Shown one piece after another: positions 18,665 through 27,577 of a stretch of DNA of 64,000 nt. Below the pieces are notes generated by a model that was not told where the DNA came from, made no database searches, and was given only the letters and a program-made list of their open reading frames with translations. The position numbers and the translations under genes are program-made. The stretch's first letter is position 1. Each line of letters opens with the position of its first letter. This DNA comes from a phage: the sequence record PZ154895.1. One strand, written 5' to 3'.

Positions 18665-19846
18665 ATGTCTATTGCAGATTTAAAATCCCGTTTGATTAAA
18701 GCTTCCACTTCTAAAATGACTGCTGAACTGACTACATCTAAATTCTTTAATGAAAAGGATGTAATCCGTACAAAAATCCCAATGCTTAATATCGCTATTT
18801 CCGGTGCGATTGATGGTGGAATGCAGTCTGGTTTAACCATTTTTGCAGGTCCTTCTAAACACTTTAAATCAAATATGTCTTTGACTATGGTTGCGGCGTA
18901 TTTGAACAAATATCCTGATGCGGTTTGTTTATTCTATGATAGCGAATTTGGTATTACTCCAGCTTATTTGCGATCCATGGGAGTTGACCCGGAACGAGTA
19001 ATTCATACACCAATTCAGTCAGTTGAACAGCTGAAAATTGATATGGTGAATCAGCTTGAAGCTATTGAGCGCGGTGAAAAGGTTATTGTATTCATCGACT
19101 CAATCGGTAATATGGCTTCTAAGAAAGAAACGGAAGATGCCTTGAATGAAAAATCTGTGGCAGATATGACTCGTGCTAAATCACTGAAGTCATTATTCCG
19201 TATTGTTACTCCTTATTTTAGTATCAAAAACATTCCATGTGTTGCGGTTAACCATACAATTGAAACAATTGAAATGTTTAGTAAAACCGTGATGACAGGT
19301 GGTACAGGCGTAATGTATTCGGCTGATACTGTATTCATTATCGGTAAGCGTCAGATTAAAGATGGTTCTGATCTTCAGGGGTATCAATTTGTTCTAAATG
19401 TAGAAAAATCTCGTACCGTCAAAGAAAAAAGTAAATTCTTTATTGATGTTAAATTTGACGGTGGTATCGATCCTTATTCTGGATTGTTAGATATGGCTCT
19501 TGAATTAGGATTTGTAGTAAAACCTAAAAATGGCTGGTATGCTCGTGAATTTCTTGATGAAGAAACCGGCGAGATGATTCGCGAAGAAAAATCTTGGCGC
19601 GCAAAAGATACCAACTGTACTACATTCTGGGGTCCTTTATTTAAGCATCAACCATTCCGAGATGCTATTAAACGCGCTTATCAGTTGGGTGCTATTGATA
19701 GTAATGAAATTGTTGAAGCTGAAGTTGATGAATTAATTAACTCAAAGGTTGAAAAATTTAAATCTCCAGAAAGTAAAAGTAAATCAGCAGCTGATTTAGA
19801 AACTGACCTAGATCAGTTAAGTGATATGGAAGAATTTAATGAATAA
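18665..19846 (+). CDS. uvsX: UvsX recombinase (RecA-like)
   Basis: 393 aa; MSIADLKSRLIKAST... and C-terminal half match T4 UvsX. Confidence 0.95.
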   Translation: MSIADLKSRLIKASTSKMTAELTTSKFFNEKDVIRTKIPMLNIAISGAIDGGMQSGLTIFAGPSKHFKSNMSLTMVAAYLNKYPDAVCLFYDSEFGITPAYLRSMGVDPERVIHTPIQSVEQLKIDMVNQLEAIERGEKVIVFIDSIGNMASKKETEDALNEKSVADMTRAKSLKSLFRIVTPYFSIKNIPCVAVNHTIETIEMFSKTVMTGGTGVMYSADTVFIIGKRQIKDGSDLQGYQFVLNVEKSRTVKEKSKFFIDVKFDGGIDPYSGLLDMALELGFVVKPKNGWYAREFLDEETGEMIREEKSWRAKDTNCTTFWGPLFKHQPFRDAIKRAYQLGAIDSNEIVEAEVDELINSKVEKFKSPESKSKSAADLETDLDQLSDMEEFNE

Positions 19847-20183
19847 AGATGATTTGGATTTAGATCTAGAAATTATCGACGAATCCCCCTCTTCGGAGGG
19901 GGAAGAAGAAAGAAAAGAACGTCTTTTTAATGAATCTCTTAAGATAATTAAATCTGCCATGGAAAATGTTATCCAGGAGATTGTCATTAAACTAGAAGAC
20001 GGTTCTACACACATTGTGTATGTGACAAAATTAGATTGGGTTGATGGAAAAGTCGTAATGGACTTTGCTGTTCTTGACCAAGAAAGAAAAGCTGAGTTAG
20101 CTCCTCATGTAGAAAAATGTATTACAATGCAACTACAAGATGCATTTAATAAAAGGTCAAAGAAAAAATTTAAATTCTTTTAA
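19839..20183 (+). CDS. 40: gp40 head vertex assembly chaperone (by position)
   Basis: 114 aa from ATG 19839 overlapping uvsX stop; track GTG start 19821 trimmed. Confidence 0.6.
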   Translation: MNKDDLDLDLEIIDESPSSEGEEERKERLFNESLKIIKSAMENVIQEIVIKLEDGSTHIVYVTKLDWVDGKVVMDFAVLDQERKAELAPHVEKCITMQLQDAFNKRSKKKFKFF

Positions 20184-20192
20184 GGAGTAAGT

Positions 20193-21620
20193 GTGGTAGA
20201 AATTATTCTTTCTCATCTCATATTTGATCAAGCTTATTTTTCAAAAGTTTGGCCATATATGGATTCAGAATATTTTGAAAGTGGTCCAGCTAAAAATACA
20301 TTCAAATTAATTAAATCTCATGTTAATGAATACCATAGCGTTCCATCTATTAATGCGTTAAATGTTGCATTAGAAAATAGTTCATTTACTGAAACAGAAT
20401 ATTCTGGTGTAAAAACACTTATTTCAAAACTGGCCGATTCTCCGGAAGACCATAGCTGGTTAGTAAAAGAAACAGAAAAATATATTCAGCAAAGGGCGAT
20501 GTTTAACGCCACATCTAAAATAATTGAAATTCAAACTAATGCTGAGCTTCCTCCGGAAAAACGAAATAAGAAAATGCCAGATGTAGGTGCTATTCCTGAC
20601 ATCATGCGCCAAGCATTATCAATTTCATTTGATAGCTACGTTGGTCATGATTGGATGGATGACTACGAAGCACGTTGGCTATCTTATATGAATAAAGCTC
20701 GTAAGGTTCCATTTAAACTCAAAATTCTAAATAAAATTACTAAAGGCGGAGCTGAGACTGGAACACTGAACGTTTTAATGGCTGGTGTTAACGTTGGTAA
20801 GTCATTAGGATTGTGTTCATTGGCAGCAGATTATTTGCAGCTCGGACACAATGTTCTTTACATTTCCATGGAAATGGCAGAAGAAGTCTGCGCTAAGCGT
20901 ATTGACGCTAACATGCTCGATGTTTCTCTTGATGACATTGATGATGGGCATATTTCTTACGCTGAATATAAAGGAAAAATGGAAAAATGGCGTGAGAAAT
21001 CTACTCTTGGACGTTTAATCGTTAAACAGTATCCTACTGGTGGAGCAGACGCTAATACATTTCGGTCGCTTTTAAATGAATTAAAGCTCAAGAAGAATTT
21101 TGTTCCAACAATCATTATTGTTGACTATCTGGGTATTTGTAAATCTTGCCGCATTAGAGTTTATTCAGAAAATAGTTACACAACTGTTAAAGCCATCGCA
21201 GAAGAATTGCGTGCTCTGGCTGTTGAAACCGAAACTGTTCTTTGGACTGCAGCACAGGTTGGTAAGCAAGCTTGGGATTCTTCTGATGTTAACATGAGCG
21301 ATATTGCAGAATCTGCCGGTCTTCCAGCAACAGCCGATTTTATGCTTGCGGTCATTGAAACCGAGGAGTTAGCAGCTGCTGAACAACAACTCATTAAGCA
21401 AATCAAATCACGATACGGTGATAAGAATAAATGGAATAAGTTTTTGATGGGTGTTCAAAAAGGAAATCAGAAATGGGTAGAAATTGAACAAGATTCTACT
21501 CCAACTGAAGTGAACGAAGTAGCAGGTTCACAGCAGATTCAGGCTGAACAGAATCGCTATCAAAGAAACGAATCCGCTCGAGCTCAGTTAGATGCTTTGG
21601 CAAATGAATTAAAATTTTAG
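20193..21620 (+). CDS. 41: gp41 replicative DNA helicase (DnaB-like)
   Basis: 475 aa, GTG start; MVEIILSHLIFDQAYFSKVW... matches T4 gp41; Walker A GVNVGKS. Confidence 0.95.
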   Translation: MVEIILSHLIFDQAYFSKVWPYMDSEYFESGPAKNTFKLIKSHVNEYHSVPSINALNVALENSSFTETEYSGVKTLISKLADSPEDHSWLVKETEKYIQQRAMFNATSKIIEIQTNAELPPEKRNKKMPDVGAIPDIMRQALSISFDSYVGHDWMDDYEARWLSYMNKARKVPFKLKILNKITKGGAETGTLNVLMAGVNVGKSLGLCSLAADYLQLGHNVLYISMEMAEEVCAKRIDANMLDVSLDDIDDGHISYAEYKGKMEKWREKSTLGRLIVKQYPTGGADANTFRSLLNELKLKKNFVPTIIIVDYLGICKSCRIRVYSENSYTTVKAIAEELRALAVETETVLWTAAQVGKQAWDSSDVNMSDIAESAGLPATADFMLAVIETEELAAAEQQLIKQIKSRYGDKNKWNKFLMGVQKGNQKWVEIEQDSTPTEVNEVAGSQQIQAEQNRYQRNESARAQLDALANELKF

Positions 21621-21657
21621 TTTACAAGCCGACAAGACTATGGTATAGTAGTCTTGT
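21620..21657 (+). promoter_or_regulatory. early promoter with inverted repeat around the -10
   Basis: Stop TAG fused to GTTTAC (21620-21625); -10 TATAGT 21644-21649 inside stem ACAAGACTA/TAGTCTTGT (21632-21657). Confidence 0.55.
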
Positions 21658-21678
21658 TGGTTAAATGAGGAGATTTTT

Positions 21679-21861
21679 ATGGAATTGGTAAAGGTAGTTT
21701 TTATGGGGTGGTTTAAGAATGAAAGCATGTTTACTAAAGAAATCACAATGATGAAAGATGACGTTCAATGGGCTACTACTCAATATGCTGAAGTTAATAA
21801 AGCGCTAGTTAAAGCTTTCATTGATGACAAGAAAGTATGCGAAGTGGATTGCCGAGGATAA
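21679..21861 (+). CDS. dmd: Dmd antitoxin (discriminator of mRNA degradation)
   Basis: 60 aa; MELVKVVFMGWFKNESMFTKEI... matches T4 Dmd as recalled. Confidence 0.8.
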   Translation: MELVKVVFMGWFKNESMFTKEITMMKDDVQWATTQYAEVNKALVKAFIDDKKVCEVDCRG

Positions 21862-21862
21862 T

Positions 21863-22120
21863 ATGCATATTGTTTTATTTAAACCTACTCCGTATAACGT
21901 CAGGAAAAATACTCAATTCAAAGCACTTATCGCAGATACGTGGGAATTGGTATTAGATATTCCAGCAGAAGAAAGCCCTCCATTTGGTCGAGTGGAATTT
22001 ATTAAGTTTGCTGTGCGCCCTACGAAGCGACAGATTCGTCAATGCAAAAGATACTTTCGTAAAATCGTCAAGTTAGAGAAACAGTTTGTAACATGTGATT
22101 ATACAGAAGTTTTAAAATAG
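21863..22120 (+). CDS. hypothetical protein, 85 aa (61.4 position)
   Basis: ATG 2 nt after dmd stop; track ORF 21821 trimmed. Confidence 0.45.
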   Translation: MHIVLFKPTPYNVRKNTQFKALIADTWELVLDIPAEESPPFGRVEFIKFAVRPTKRQIRQCKRYFRKIVKLEKQFVTCDYTEVLK

Positions 22121-22122
22121 TA

Positions 22123-22164
22123 GTTTACAAGCTGATAGAGTTGTGTTATAGTAATTCTATCAGC
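22123..22164 (+). promoter_or_regulatory. early promoter with inverted repeat around the -10
   Basis: TAG-GTTTAC fusion; -10 TATAGT 22147-22152 between GCTGATAGA and TCTATCAGC. Confidence 0.55.
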
Positions 22165-22183
22165 TAATCGCGGAGAAAAGAAA

Positions 22184-22438
22184 ATGATGCTAGTTAATAG
22201 AGAATATCAGTTTAAATCAGAAGAAGATTTGGAAAAATTCGCGAGTGGTTGTGAACTGAATAGACGCACAGCTAAAGTCATAGGATTAAAACCCTTTACA
22301 GTTCTAGATTGTGAAGTTTCTAAATTCCGCAGAGGGTGTTCTATTAGCAGTCATGCTCTGGTTGATGGGAACACATTTTTCTTTGTTTTTAGCGTCAGAG
22401 AACTTTTATTGATTAACGAACTTGAGGAAATAAAATAG
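22184..22438 (+). CDS. hypothetical protein, 84 aa
   Basis: ORF downstream of early promoter. Confidence 0.45.
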   Translation: MMLVNREYQFKSEEDLEKFASGCELNRRTAKVIGLKPFTVLDCEVSKFRRGCSISSHALVDGNTFFFVFSVRELLLINELEEIK

Positions 22439-22502
22439 TTTACTTTTGTTTTAAACATGTTATTATAGACCTATCAAAACAAACGAGTAAATGGAGAATA
22501 AA

Positions 22503-22682
22503 ATGTCTAAAGTATCAGGTTATCAATTATTAACACAAGAACAACGTTCAGAGATGGATTCTTTACAAGAACGGTGTCAGCATAGAAATAACGCACTTGA
22601 TTCATTTTTATTAATTGAATATGAAAACTTGTGCTCTAGACTTGAAAAAGAATATGTTCATCAACATGGAGGAGAAGAATGA
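22503..22682 (+). CDS. hypothetical protein, 59 aa
   Basis: GGAGAATAAAATG leader; track ORF 22491 trimmed. Confidence 0.4.
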   Translation: MSKVSGYQLLTQEQRSEMDSLQERCQHRNNALDSFLLIEYENLCSRLEKEYVHQHGGEE

Positions 22683-22730
22683 AACTGAAATCACCAATTA
22701 TTGTAATTTGTCTGTTTGCTTCTACTAGTG

Positions 22731-22760
22731 TTTACTTTTGTTGAAAATTGAGATACTATA
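22731..22760 (+). promoter_or_regulatory. early promoter upstream of sp
   Basis: GTTTAC 22731-22736, 18 nt, TACTAT 22755-22760. Confidence 0.5.
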
Positions 22761-22785
22761 AACATAAACTACTGAGGAGATTATC

Positions 22786-23079
22786 ATGAAAAAATTTATC
22801 TTTGCTGCAATTTTTGCTTTATCTTCTTGCGCTGCTCAGCCTACTATGGCAGGCTATGATAAAGATTTGTGTGAGTGGTCTATGACTGCAGATCAGACTG
22901 AAGTTGAAACTCAAATTGAAGCCGATATTATGAATATCGTTGAGCGTGATCGTCCTGAAATGAAAGCTGAAGTGCAAAAACAACTTAAGTCTGGTGGTGT
23001 AATGCAGTATAATTATGTTCTGTATTGCGATAAAAACTTTAATAATAAAAATATCATCGCTGAAGTGGTAGGTGAGTAA
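22786..23079 (+). CDS. sp: Spackle (Sp) periplasmic superinfection-exclusion protein
   Basis: 97 aa with N-terminal signal peptide; sequence and position between dmd and 61 match T4 sp. Confidence 0.75.
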   Translation: MKKFIFAAIFALSSCAAQPTMAGYDKDLCEWSMTADQTEVETQIEADIMNIVERDRPEMKAEVQKQLKSGGVMQYNYVLYCDKNFNNKNIIAEVVGE

Positions 23080-23091
23080 ATAGAGGTTAGT

Positions 23092-23448
23092 ATGTATAGT
23101 TCTGAATTTTCATATTTAAAAATGGAAAAAATTTCATACGATTTCATAGATGAAAAGATTTATTACAGTTTCCATGAACCACGTTTTAATAGTGAAGTTG
23201 GGTTTATTGTAGTAAAAGACAATTTCATTTTAAAAATATATTCGGCATTAAAGGATTTTCACTACGAAAATATTAACCTAAAATTTGATAAAGAAAACGT
23301 TCGTAATTGCGCAGTAACAATTACAGGAAATAAAGGTACATGCGTTATGCTATCTGATGAAATTAATGATTTGTTAAATGATGCCGAAAAGGTTGCTATT
23401 CCATCGATTGATGACCAAATTTTTAATGCTTTTATGAATAGAGGTTAA
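23092..23448 (+). CDS. hypothetical protein, 118 aa
   Basis: ORF with RBS between sp and 61. Confidence 0.5.
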   Translation: MYSSEFSYLKMEKISYDFIDEKIYYSFHEPRFNSEVGFIVVKDNFILKIYSALKDFHYENINLKFDKENVRNCAVTITGNKGTCVMLSDEINDLLNDAEKVAIPSIDDQIFNAFMNRG

Positions 23449-23449
23449 T

Positions 23450-23614
23450 ATGAAAACATATAAAGAATTTATCAAAGAAGATATGGTAGCTGGAGATTCG
23501 GGTGGTAATCCTGAAAATATCTCTACTGGAACAACGTCAGGCGCTGTAGTAAATAAAGGTCCTGAACAGATTCCTAAAAAGAAAAAAGAGGAATCTAAAG
23601 AAAAAGAAGAGTAA
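23450..23614 (+). CDS. hypothetical Lys/Glu-rich protein, 54 aa
   Basis: ATG 23450 to TAA 23612-23614, 2 nt before gene 61; not in track. Confidence 0.35.
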   Translation: MKTYKEFIKEDMVAGDSGGNPENISTGTTSGAVVNKGPEQIPKKKKEESKEKEE

Positions 23615-23616
23615 AA

Positions 23617-24645
23617 ATGTCATCAATACCTTGGATTGATAATGAGTTTGCATATCGTGCATTAGCTCATTTACCTAAATTCACACAAGTAAATAATAGT
23701 TCAACTTTTAAATTACGGTTTAGATGCCCTGTTTGTGGAGATTCAAAAACCGACCAAAATAAAGCCCGTGGATGGTATTATGGCGATAATAATGAAGGAA
23801 ATATTCATTGTTATAACTGCAACTATCATGCACCAATCGGAATATATTTAAAGGAGTTTGAACCCGATTTATATCGTGAGTATATCTTTGAAATAAGAAA
23901 AGAAAAAGGTAAAAGTCGTCCAGTAGAAAAACCTAAAGAACTTCCTAAACAACCTGAGAAGAAAATAATTAAATCTCTTCCGTCATGCATTAGATTAGAT
24001 AAATTGGCGGAAGACCATCCAATTATAAAATATGTAAAAGCTCGCTGTATTCCAAAGGATAAATGGAAATATCTTTGGTTTACAACCGAATGGCCTAAAT
24101 TAGTTAATAGCATAGCACCAGGAACATACAAAAAGGAAATACCTGAGCCTCGTCTTGTTATTCCAATTTATAATGCTAATGGAAAAGCTGAGTCTTTTCA
24201 AGGACGTGCATTAAAGAAAGATGCTCCTCAAAAATATATCACCATCAAAGCTTATCCTGAAGCAACAAAAATCTATGGCGTTGAACGAGTTAAAGATGGT
24301 GATGTATATGTTCTAGAAGGACCTATAGATTCACTTTTTATTGAAAATGGTATAGCTATTACGGGCGGTCAATTAGACCTAGAAATTGTTCCATTTAAAG
24401 ATAGACGTGTGTGGGTTTTGGATAATGAACCTCGTCATCCTGACACTATTAAACGAATGACTAAATTAGTTGATGCAGGAGAAAGGGTTATGTTTTGGGA
24501 CAAATCTCCCTGGAAATCAAAAGATGTTAATGATATGATTAGAAAGGAAGGTGCAACCCCTGAACAAATTATGGAATATATGAAAAATAATATTGCCCAG
24601 GGGTTGATGGCTAAAATGCGGCTATCTAAATATGCTAAGATTTAA
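23617..24645 (+). CDS. 61: gp61 DNA primase
   Basis: 342 aa; zinc ribbon CPVCGDS...CYNC; length equals T4 gp61. Confidence 0.95.
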   Translation: MSSIPWIDNEFAYRALAHLPKFTQVNNSSTFKLRFRCPVCGDSKTDQNKARGWYYGDNNEGNIHCYNCNYHAPIGIYLKEFEPDLYREYIFEIRKEKGKSRPVEKPKELPKQPEKKIIKSLPSCIRLDKLAEDHPIIKYVKARCIPKDKWKYLWFTTEWPKLVNSIAPGTYKKEIPEPRLVIPIYNANGKAESFQGRALKKDAPQKYITIKAYPEATKIYGVERVKDGDVYVLEGPIDSLFIENGIAITGGQLDLEIVPFKDRRVWVLDNEPRHPDTIKRMTKLVDAGERVMFWDKSPWKSKDVNDMIRKEGATPEQIMEYMKNNIAQGLMAKMRLSKYAKI

Positions 24646-24842
24646 ATTAACCCAACTAAAGCAAATGCTAAATCTACGAATGTATCAAGAGTAATTACTG
24701 GAATATTAACACCATGAGCAATAGCAATTGGTGATAAAACAAAATTCCAAAGTAAAATTCCTACCATAGCAGAAATAGTAAAAGCTATACGTTTTTTATT
24801 ACCTTTTATGGCATTAACAAGTGCCATTAATTTTTGTACCAT
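24642..24842 (-). CDS. hypothetical small membrane protein, 66 aa (antisense to flanking genes)
   Basis: Strong TAAGGAGG RBS 4 nt before ATG on - strand; two hydrophobic segments. Confidence 0.4.
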   Translation of the reverse strand: MVQKLMALVNAIKGNKKRIAFTISAMVGILLWNFVLSPIAIAHGVNIPVITLDTFVDLAFALVGLI

Positions 24843-24854
24843 ATGTCCTCCTTA

Positions 24855-24879
24855 TTGCTTTATATATTTATTGTATAAT
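24855..24879 (+). promoter_or_regulatory. MotA-dependent middle promoter of gene 56
   Basis: MotA box TTGCTTTA 24855-24862, -10 TATAAT 24874-24879. Confidence 0.55.
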
Positions 24880-24913
24880 TAATCTACTAACCCATGAATT
24901 GAAAGGAAAAATA

Positions 24914-25432
24914 ATGGCATACTTTAATGAATGTTCACAACTGATCGAAGGCGCTGATAAAGCTCAAAATGAATACTGGGATATTCTCGGTGATGAAAAA
25001 GACCCACTACAGGTTATGCTTGATATGCAGAAATCTTTGCAGGTTCGTTTAGCTAAAGATAAACCTGAATATAACCGTCATCCTGATGATTTGGCTACTG
25101 CAGGCGAAGTTGTTGATTGGCTGCGTAATCAAAAAGATTATATTGACGATGAATTCCGTGAACTTCTGACTTCTCTTGGCGGCATGAGCAATGGTGAAAA
25201 AGATGCATCTGCTGTATGGAAGCCTTGGAAAGCTCAACATGGTGAACGCCGTGAAACTCTAATTACTGATTTGTCTCCGCAAGATCAGTTGGAAATTAAA
25301 TTCGAAATGATTGATATTCTTCATTTCGTTCTGAACATGTTCCAAGGTCTTGGTCTTACGGCTGAAGAAATCTTTAAACTTTATTATCTGAAAAATGCTG
25401 AAAACTTCGCTCGTCAAGACCGAGGTTATTGA
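24914..25432 (+). CDS. 56: gp56 dCTPase/dUTPase
   Basis: 172 aa from MAYFNECSQLIEGADKAQNEYWDILGDEKDPLQVMLDMQ...; matches T4 gp56; track start trimmed. Confidence 0.9.
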   Translation: MAYFNECSQLIEGADKAQNEYWDILGDEKDPLQVMLDMQKSLQVRLAKDKPEYNRHPDDLATAGEVVDWLRNQKDYIDDEFRELLTSLGGMSNGEKDASAVWKPWKAQHGERRETLITDLSPQDQLEIKFEMIDILHFVLNMFQGLGLTAEEIFKLYYLKNAENFARQDRGY

Positions 25433-25632
25433 TGGCTCGTTTAAATAAACGCCAGCTTAAGAAAGCCCGCAAGAAACGTATTGACCAGCTATTTAAAAAT
25501 TATGATAAGGAGCTCGTATGTGAGCTCTTATCTAATCAGCTCCGCAAAGCTCACACAATTAAAACTGGACATATACCAGGTAAGTGGGTGCATGAAGAAG
25601 CCTTAAAATTAATTATAGAGCATTCAAAATGA
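25429..25632 (+). CDS. hypothetical basic protein, 67 aa
   Basis: ATGA overlap with gene 56 stop. Confidence 0.45.
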   Translation: MMARLNKRQLKKARKKRIDQLFKNYDKELVCELLSNQLRKAHTIKTGHIPGKWVHEEALKLIIEHSK

Positions 25633-25838
25633 AATTTGATTTTTATGCATGGCAAAAAGCCGGTAGACCTGCTAGTCGAGCATTTGGTTCTGATGGATAT
25701 AATATTAGAGCCCATTGGAAGTTTAATGCTCCAGCCGATTATTCTCCGGTAATTATTAATGGTGATGTTGTTATATTAACTAAAATTGGATATTTTAACG
25801 TTCCGCGAGAATTTATTATAAATAATCATGTAATTTAA
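25629..25838 (+). CDS. hypothetical protein, 69 aa
   Basis: ATGA overlap with upstream ORF. Confidence 0.45.
   Translation: MKFDFYAWQKAGRPASRAFGSDGYNIRAHWKFNAPADYSPVIINGDVVILTKIGYFNVPREFIINNHVI
25817..25824 (+). promoter_or_regulatory. late promoter TATAAATA for soc
   Basis: Exact TATAAATA about 30 nt upstream of soc ATG. Confidence 0.65.
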
Positions 25839-25854
25839 ATAAAAGGAGAATTAC

Positions 25855-26100
25855 ATGGCTAGTACTCGCGGTTATGTTAATATCAAAACGTTTGAGCAGA
25901 AATTAGATGGAAATAAGAAAATTGAAGGAAAGGAAATTTCTGTAGCTTTCCCTCTTTATTCTGATGTTCACAAAATTTCTGGCGCTCATTACCAGACATT
26001 CCCTTCAGAAAAAGCAGCATATTCTACAGTATATGAAGAAAATCAACGTACTGAATGGATTACTGCAAACGAAGATTTGTGGAAAGTAACTGGTGAATAA
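25855..26100 (+). CDS. soc: Soc small outer capsid protein
   Basis: 81 aa; MASTRGYVNIKTFEQKLDGNKKIEGKEISVAFPLYSD... matches T4 Soc. Confidence 0.9.
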   Translation: MASTRGYVNIKTFEQKLDGNKKIEGKEISVAFPLYSDVHKISGAHYQTFPSEKAAYSTVYEENQRTEWITANEDLWKVTGE

Positions 26101-26105
26101 ATTCA

Positions 26106-26130
26106 AGGACTCCTCCGGGAGTCCTTTTTT
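26106..26130 (+). terminator. intrinsic terminator GGACTCC-TCCG-GGAGTCC-TTTTTT
   Basis: Directly after soc. Confidence 0.8.
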
Positions 26131-26196
26131 CATTTTACTGGTTTACTTTCCAAAATGAGTATGGTATAATAGAATTATCTTATAGAGGAGAGCACT

Positions 26197-26403
26197 ATGT
26201 TAAATCGTTGGATTAAACCAAATGAAGATTTAGATATTATCATTTCACGGCATGTAATGAAGAAATATGAACTGCAGCCATGGTCTACAGAAGTTGTTGT
26301 GCATTCATTTATGATGTACGCAGATGGTTCTGTCGAATTTAATGCAGAGATTCGATATGATTATGGCGAGAAGCAAGTTGAATTCAAGAGAGGCTTTTTG
26401 TAA
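26197..26403 (+). CDS. hypothetical protein, 68 aa
   Basis: ORF with AGGAG RBS. Confidence 0.45.
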   Translation: MLNRWIKPNEDLDIIISRHVMKKYELQPWSTEVVVHSFMMYADGSVEFNAEIRYDYGEKQVEFKRGFL

Positions 26404-26744
26404 TGTTTATCTTTAATTGGTTTAAAAGCTTCTTTACAGATTTTTTCTCTACAACTCCTGGAGAAGGTGTAGTTCCTATTTCAAACGACTACCTTCCTTT
26501 AACTGTAGTTGAATATGTTTATATGGGAGATGGAACAGTAGAAGCAGTTACTATGACTTATGAAGAAGCCCAAGAATATTATAAAAATCCTTGGCGCTGG
26601 TCAACACCTACTACATCATCTAATACGCAGAATACACAGTCTAGTTCTGATTCATATGACACTAATGTTCCTGTTCATGTATGGACGGGCGATTCGTGTG
26701 GAAGTTCTTGCGATTCTAGTTGTTCATCTACATCTTGTGATTGA
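26403..26744 (+). CDS. hypothetical protein with Ser/Cys-rich C-terminal tail, 113 aa
   Basis: Tail ...[19 protein letters not shown]; start overlaps upstream stop. Confidence 0.45.
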   Translation: MFIFNWFKSFFTDFFSTTPGEGVVPISNDYLPLTVVEYVYMGDGTVEAVTMTYEEAQEYYKNPWRWSTPTTSSNTQNTQSSSDSYDTNVPVHVWTGDSCGSSCDSSCSSTSCD

Positions 26745-27238
26745 GGAAAATTATGGAAGCGATTTTGTTTGAAATGTATATTAGCAGTGATAGCATGGCG
26801 TTTGCTAAAGATATTCCAATTACAGTAGCAGTAATGATTGATAAAAGATATGATAATAACATGTATCTAGTAGAAGATTTTATTTCAATGCCAGTTCCAG
26901 AAGATGTTGAAATAAAACTTAAAAAGATCGGAATTATTGAAACTGTACGAAATTCTCCATTTATGTCAATTCAAGCATTTACTAAATCTAACTATATTGA
27001 TGTTGCTGAATCATATTATAACAATAAACCATTGCCATTATATTCATATGATTCAATATATGACTGGAAAATAGATAAGGGAAATAAATTTATAATTACA
27101 GAAGAAAATGCACTATCATATTTTATTACCTCTTTATGGAATAATTTAAATCCAAATTTACTCAAAATTCATAAATTTGACGATGCTCCTACTGTTGTTT
27201 TAGGTAAAACAAATGAAAGTTCTGAAGAAAATGCTTGA
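26741..27238 (+). CDS. hypothetical protein, 165 aa (mrh position)
   Basis: ORF in soc-to-modB interval. Confidence 0.5.
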   Translation: MRKIMEAILFEMYISSDSMAFAKDIPITVAVMIDKRYDNNMYLVEDFISMPVPEDVEIKLKKIGIIETVRNSPFMSIQAFTKSNYIDVAESYYNNKPLPLYSYDSIYDWKIDKGNKFIITEENALSYFITSLWNNLNPNLLKIHKFDDAPTVVLGKTNESSEENA

Positions 27239-27416
27239 ATGGTTCAGTAGACCAAACTCAATGTACATTGACGATGGTTGGGTTGAACAAGCAAATAAAG
27301 AAATGCAGAACGAATCAGAAGAATGGATGAAATCAATGATTAGCGTTGAGAAAGAAAAGAAATTAGAACGCTCAGCGCTTAAATTGATGAGAGACATCTA
27401 TGGGGATAAATCATGA
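27213..27416 (+). CDS. hypothetical protein, 67 aa
   Basis: Six-frame ORF overlapping upstream ORF 3' end. Confidence 0.35.
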   Translation: MKVLKKMLEWFSRPNSMYIDDGWVEQANKEMQNESEEWMKSMISVEKEKKLERSALKLMRDIYGDKS

Positions 27417-27577
27417 ACAAAGATATAACGTTAGAAGAGGCTAAAGCTAAAGCAAATGAAGCATTGGATTTGCTTCTTAAAATTGGCAGTAAAATGATGG
27501 AAGAAAATGAGAAATATATCCAGGAAAACAAAATTCCTGACGGCCCATTAGTAGGCAAGAGGAAATCACATGATTGA
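27413..27577 (+). CDS. hypothetical protein, 54 aa
   Basis: ATGA overlap both ends; not in track. Confidence 0.35.
   Translation: MNKDITLEEAKAKANEALDLLLKIGSKMMEENEKYIQENKIPDGPLVGKRKSHD

Noticed and set aside
18622-18909. 95-aa - strand ORF overlapping the uvsX start
   Set aside because: Overlaps the middle promoter and 5' end of a conserved gene; no RBS.
24855-24880. Possible late promoter (TATAAATA) driving the antisense micro-ORF 24642-24842
   Set aside because: The - strand reads ATAAATATATAA without an exact TATAAATA octamer, so no late promoter is called; the ORF itself is kept at low confidence.
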